Source: Mobula hypostoma | Taxonomy: Eukaryota | Assembly: GCF_963921235.1 (NCBI RefSeq) | Contig: NC_086097.1 | Span: 26,538,001 to 26,602,000 of the forward strand | Reading direction: 5' to 3' | DNA: 64,000 nucleotides | Part shown: one piece after another, positions 62,358 through 64,000 of the stretch | Position numbering within the stretch: the first letter of the stretch is position 1 | Layout of the letters: every line of letters starts with the position of its first letter | The notes under the pieces: generated by a model | What the model saw: only the letters and a program-made list of their open reading frames with translations | Told to the model about the DNA's origin: nothing | Databases searched by the model: none | Position numbers and translations under genes: made by a program

Positions 62358-64000
62358 GATAGAAACATAGAAACATAGAAAATAGGTGCAGGAGTAGGTC
62401 ATTCGGCCCTTCGAGCCTGCACCGCCATTTATTATGATCATGGCTGATCATCCAACTCAGAACCCCGCCCCAGCCTTCCCTCCATACCCCCTGACCCCCG
62501 TAGCCACAAGGGCCATATCTAACTCCCTCTTAAACATAGCCAATGAACTGGCCTCAACAGTTTGCTGTGGCAGAGAATTCCACGGATTCACCACTCTCTG
62601 TGTGAAGAAATTTTTCCTAATCTCGGTCCTAAAAGGCTTCCCCTCTATCCTCAAACTGTGACCCCTCGTTCTGGACTTTCCCAACATCGGGAACAATCTT
62701 CCTGCATCTAGCCTGTCCAATCCCTTTAGGATCTTATACGTTTCAATCAGATCCCCCCTCAATCTTCTAAATTCCAACGAGTACAAGCCCAGTTCATCCA
62801 GTCTTTCTTCATATGAAAGTCCTGCCATCCCAGGAATCAATCTGGTGAACCTTCTTTGTACTCCCTCTATGGCAAAGATGTCTTTCCTCAGATTAGGGGA
62901 CCAAAACTGCACACAATACTCCAGGTGTGGTCTCACCAAGGCCTTGTACAACTGCAGTAGTACATCCCTGCTCCTGTACTCGAATCCTCTCGCTATAAAT
63001 GCCAGCATACCATTCGCCTTTTTCACCGCCTGCTGTACCTGCATGCCCACTTTCAATGACTGGTGTATAATGACACCCAGGTCTCGTTGCACCTCCCCTT
63101 TTCCTAATCGGCCACCATTCAGATAATAATCTGTTTTCCTATTTTTGCCACCAAAGTGGATAACTTCACATTTATCCACATTAAATTGCATCTGCCATGA
63201 GTTTGCCCACTCACCCAACCTATCCAAGTCACCCTGCATCCTCTTAGCATCCTCCTCACTGCTAACACTGCCACCCAGCTTCGTGTCATCCGCAAACTTG
63301 GAGATGCTGCATTTAATTCCCTCATCCAAGTCATTAATATATATTGTAAACAACTGGGGTCCCAGCACTGAGCCTTGCGGTACCCCACTAGTCACCGCCT
63401 GCCATTCTGAAAAGGTCCCGTTTATTCCCACTCTTTGCTTCTTGTCTGCTAACCGATTCTCCACCCACACCAATACCTTACCCCCAATACCGTGTGCTTT
63501 AAGTTTGCACACTAATCTCCTGTGTGGGACCTTGTCAAAAGCCTTTTGAAAATCCAAATATACCACATCCACTGGTTCTCCCCTATCCACTCTACTAGTT
63601 ACATCCTCAAAAAATTCTATGAGATTCGTCAGACATGATTTTCCTTTCACAAATCCATGCTGACTTTGTCCGATCATTTCACCGCTTTCCAAATGTGCTG
63701 TTATCACATCCTTGATAACTGACTCCAGCAGTTTCCCCATCACCGACGTTAGGCTAACCGGTCTATAATTCCCCGGTTTCTCTCTCCCTCCTTTTTTAAA
63801 AAGTGGGGTTACATTAGCCACCCTCCAATCCTCAGGAACCAGTCCAGAATCTAACGAGTTTTGAAAAATTATCACTAATGCATCCACTATTTCTTGGGCT
63901 ACTTCCTTAAGCACTCTAGGATGCAGACCATCTGGCCCTGGGGATTTATCTGCCTTCAATCCCTTCAATTTACCTAACACCATTTCCCTACTAACATGTA
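62358..64000 (-). mobile_element. Young CR1 LINE, runs off the window end
   Basis: Uninterrupted ORF2 plus 3' UTR and (TTTCTATG)n tail. Confidence 0.97.
62457..64000 (-). CDS. CR1 ORF2 reverse transcriptase (open frame, 5'-partial)
   Basis: 508-aa open stretch: KSPGPDG..NYRPVSLTS..YLDFQKAFDKV..SGVPQGSVLGP..KFADDTK..LVRPHLEYC..TRGH. Confidence 0.93.
   Translation of the reverse strand, partial: HVSREMVLGKLKGLKADKSPGPDGLHPRVLKEVAQEIVDALVIIFQNSLDSGLVPEDWRVANVTPLFKKGGREKPGNYRPVSLTSVMGKLLESVIKDVITAHLESGEMIGQSQHGFVKGKSCLTNLIEFFEDVTSRVDRGEPVDVVYLDFQKAFDKVPHRRLVCKLKAHGIGGKVLVWVENRLADKKQRVGINGTFSEWQAVTSGVPQGSVLGPQLFTIYINDLDEGIKCSISKFADDTKLGGSVSSEEDAKRMQGDLDRLGEWANSWQMQFNVDKCEVIHFGGKNRKTDYYLNGGRLGKGEVQRDLGVIIHQSLKVGMQVQQAVKKANGMLAFIARGFEYRSRDVLLQLYKALVRPHLEYCVQFWSPNLRKDIFAIEGVQRRFTRLIPGMAGLSYEERLDELGLYSLEFRRLRGDLIETYKILKGLDRLDAGRLFPMLGKSRTRGHSLRIEGKPFRTEIRKNFFTQRVVNPWNSLPQQTVEASSLAMFKRELDMALVATGVRGYGGKAGAGF

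Overview
Vertebrate genomic DNA, AT-rich and CpG-depleted, dominated by interspersed repeats. The repeat set (CR1 LINEs, one with an SGNH-esterase ORF1, V-domain tRNA-SINEs of the HE1 type, Neptune-type Penelope-like elements, Rex1/Babar fragments) suggests a cartilaginous fish, probably a ray; this is inference. No host protein-coding exon can be supported, so the window is probably a large intron or intergenic DNA. Every ORF I can recognise is transposon-derived. Highlights: (1) a decayed near-complete Tc1 element closely resembling the salmonid Sleeping Beauty subfamily; (2) a 1.6-kb foldback Tc1 built from two inverted right halves that share a frameshift, with a micro-inversion in one arm; (3) minimal hammerhead ribozyme motifs in many Penelope tails; (4) a hAT-like element with a 6-bp TSD and an internal copy of its own left end; (5) an orphan near-perfect 37-bp-arm hairpin; (6) young non-autonomous retroelements and a CpG-retaining orphan segment. 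Boundaries of old repeats are approximate, read by eye.
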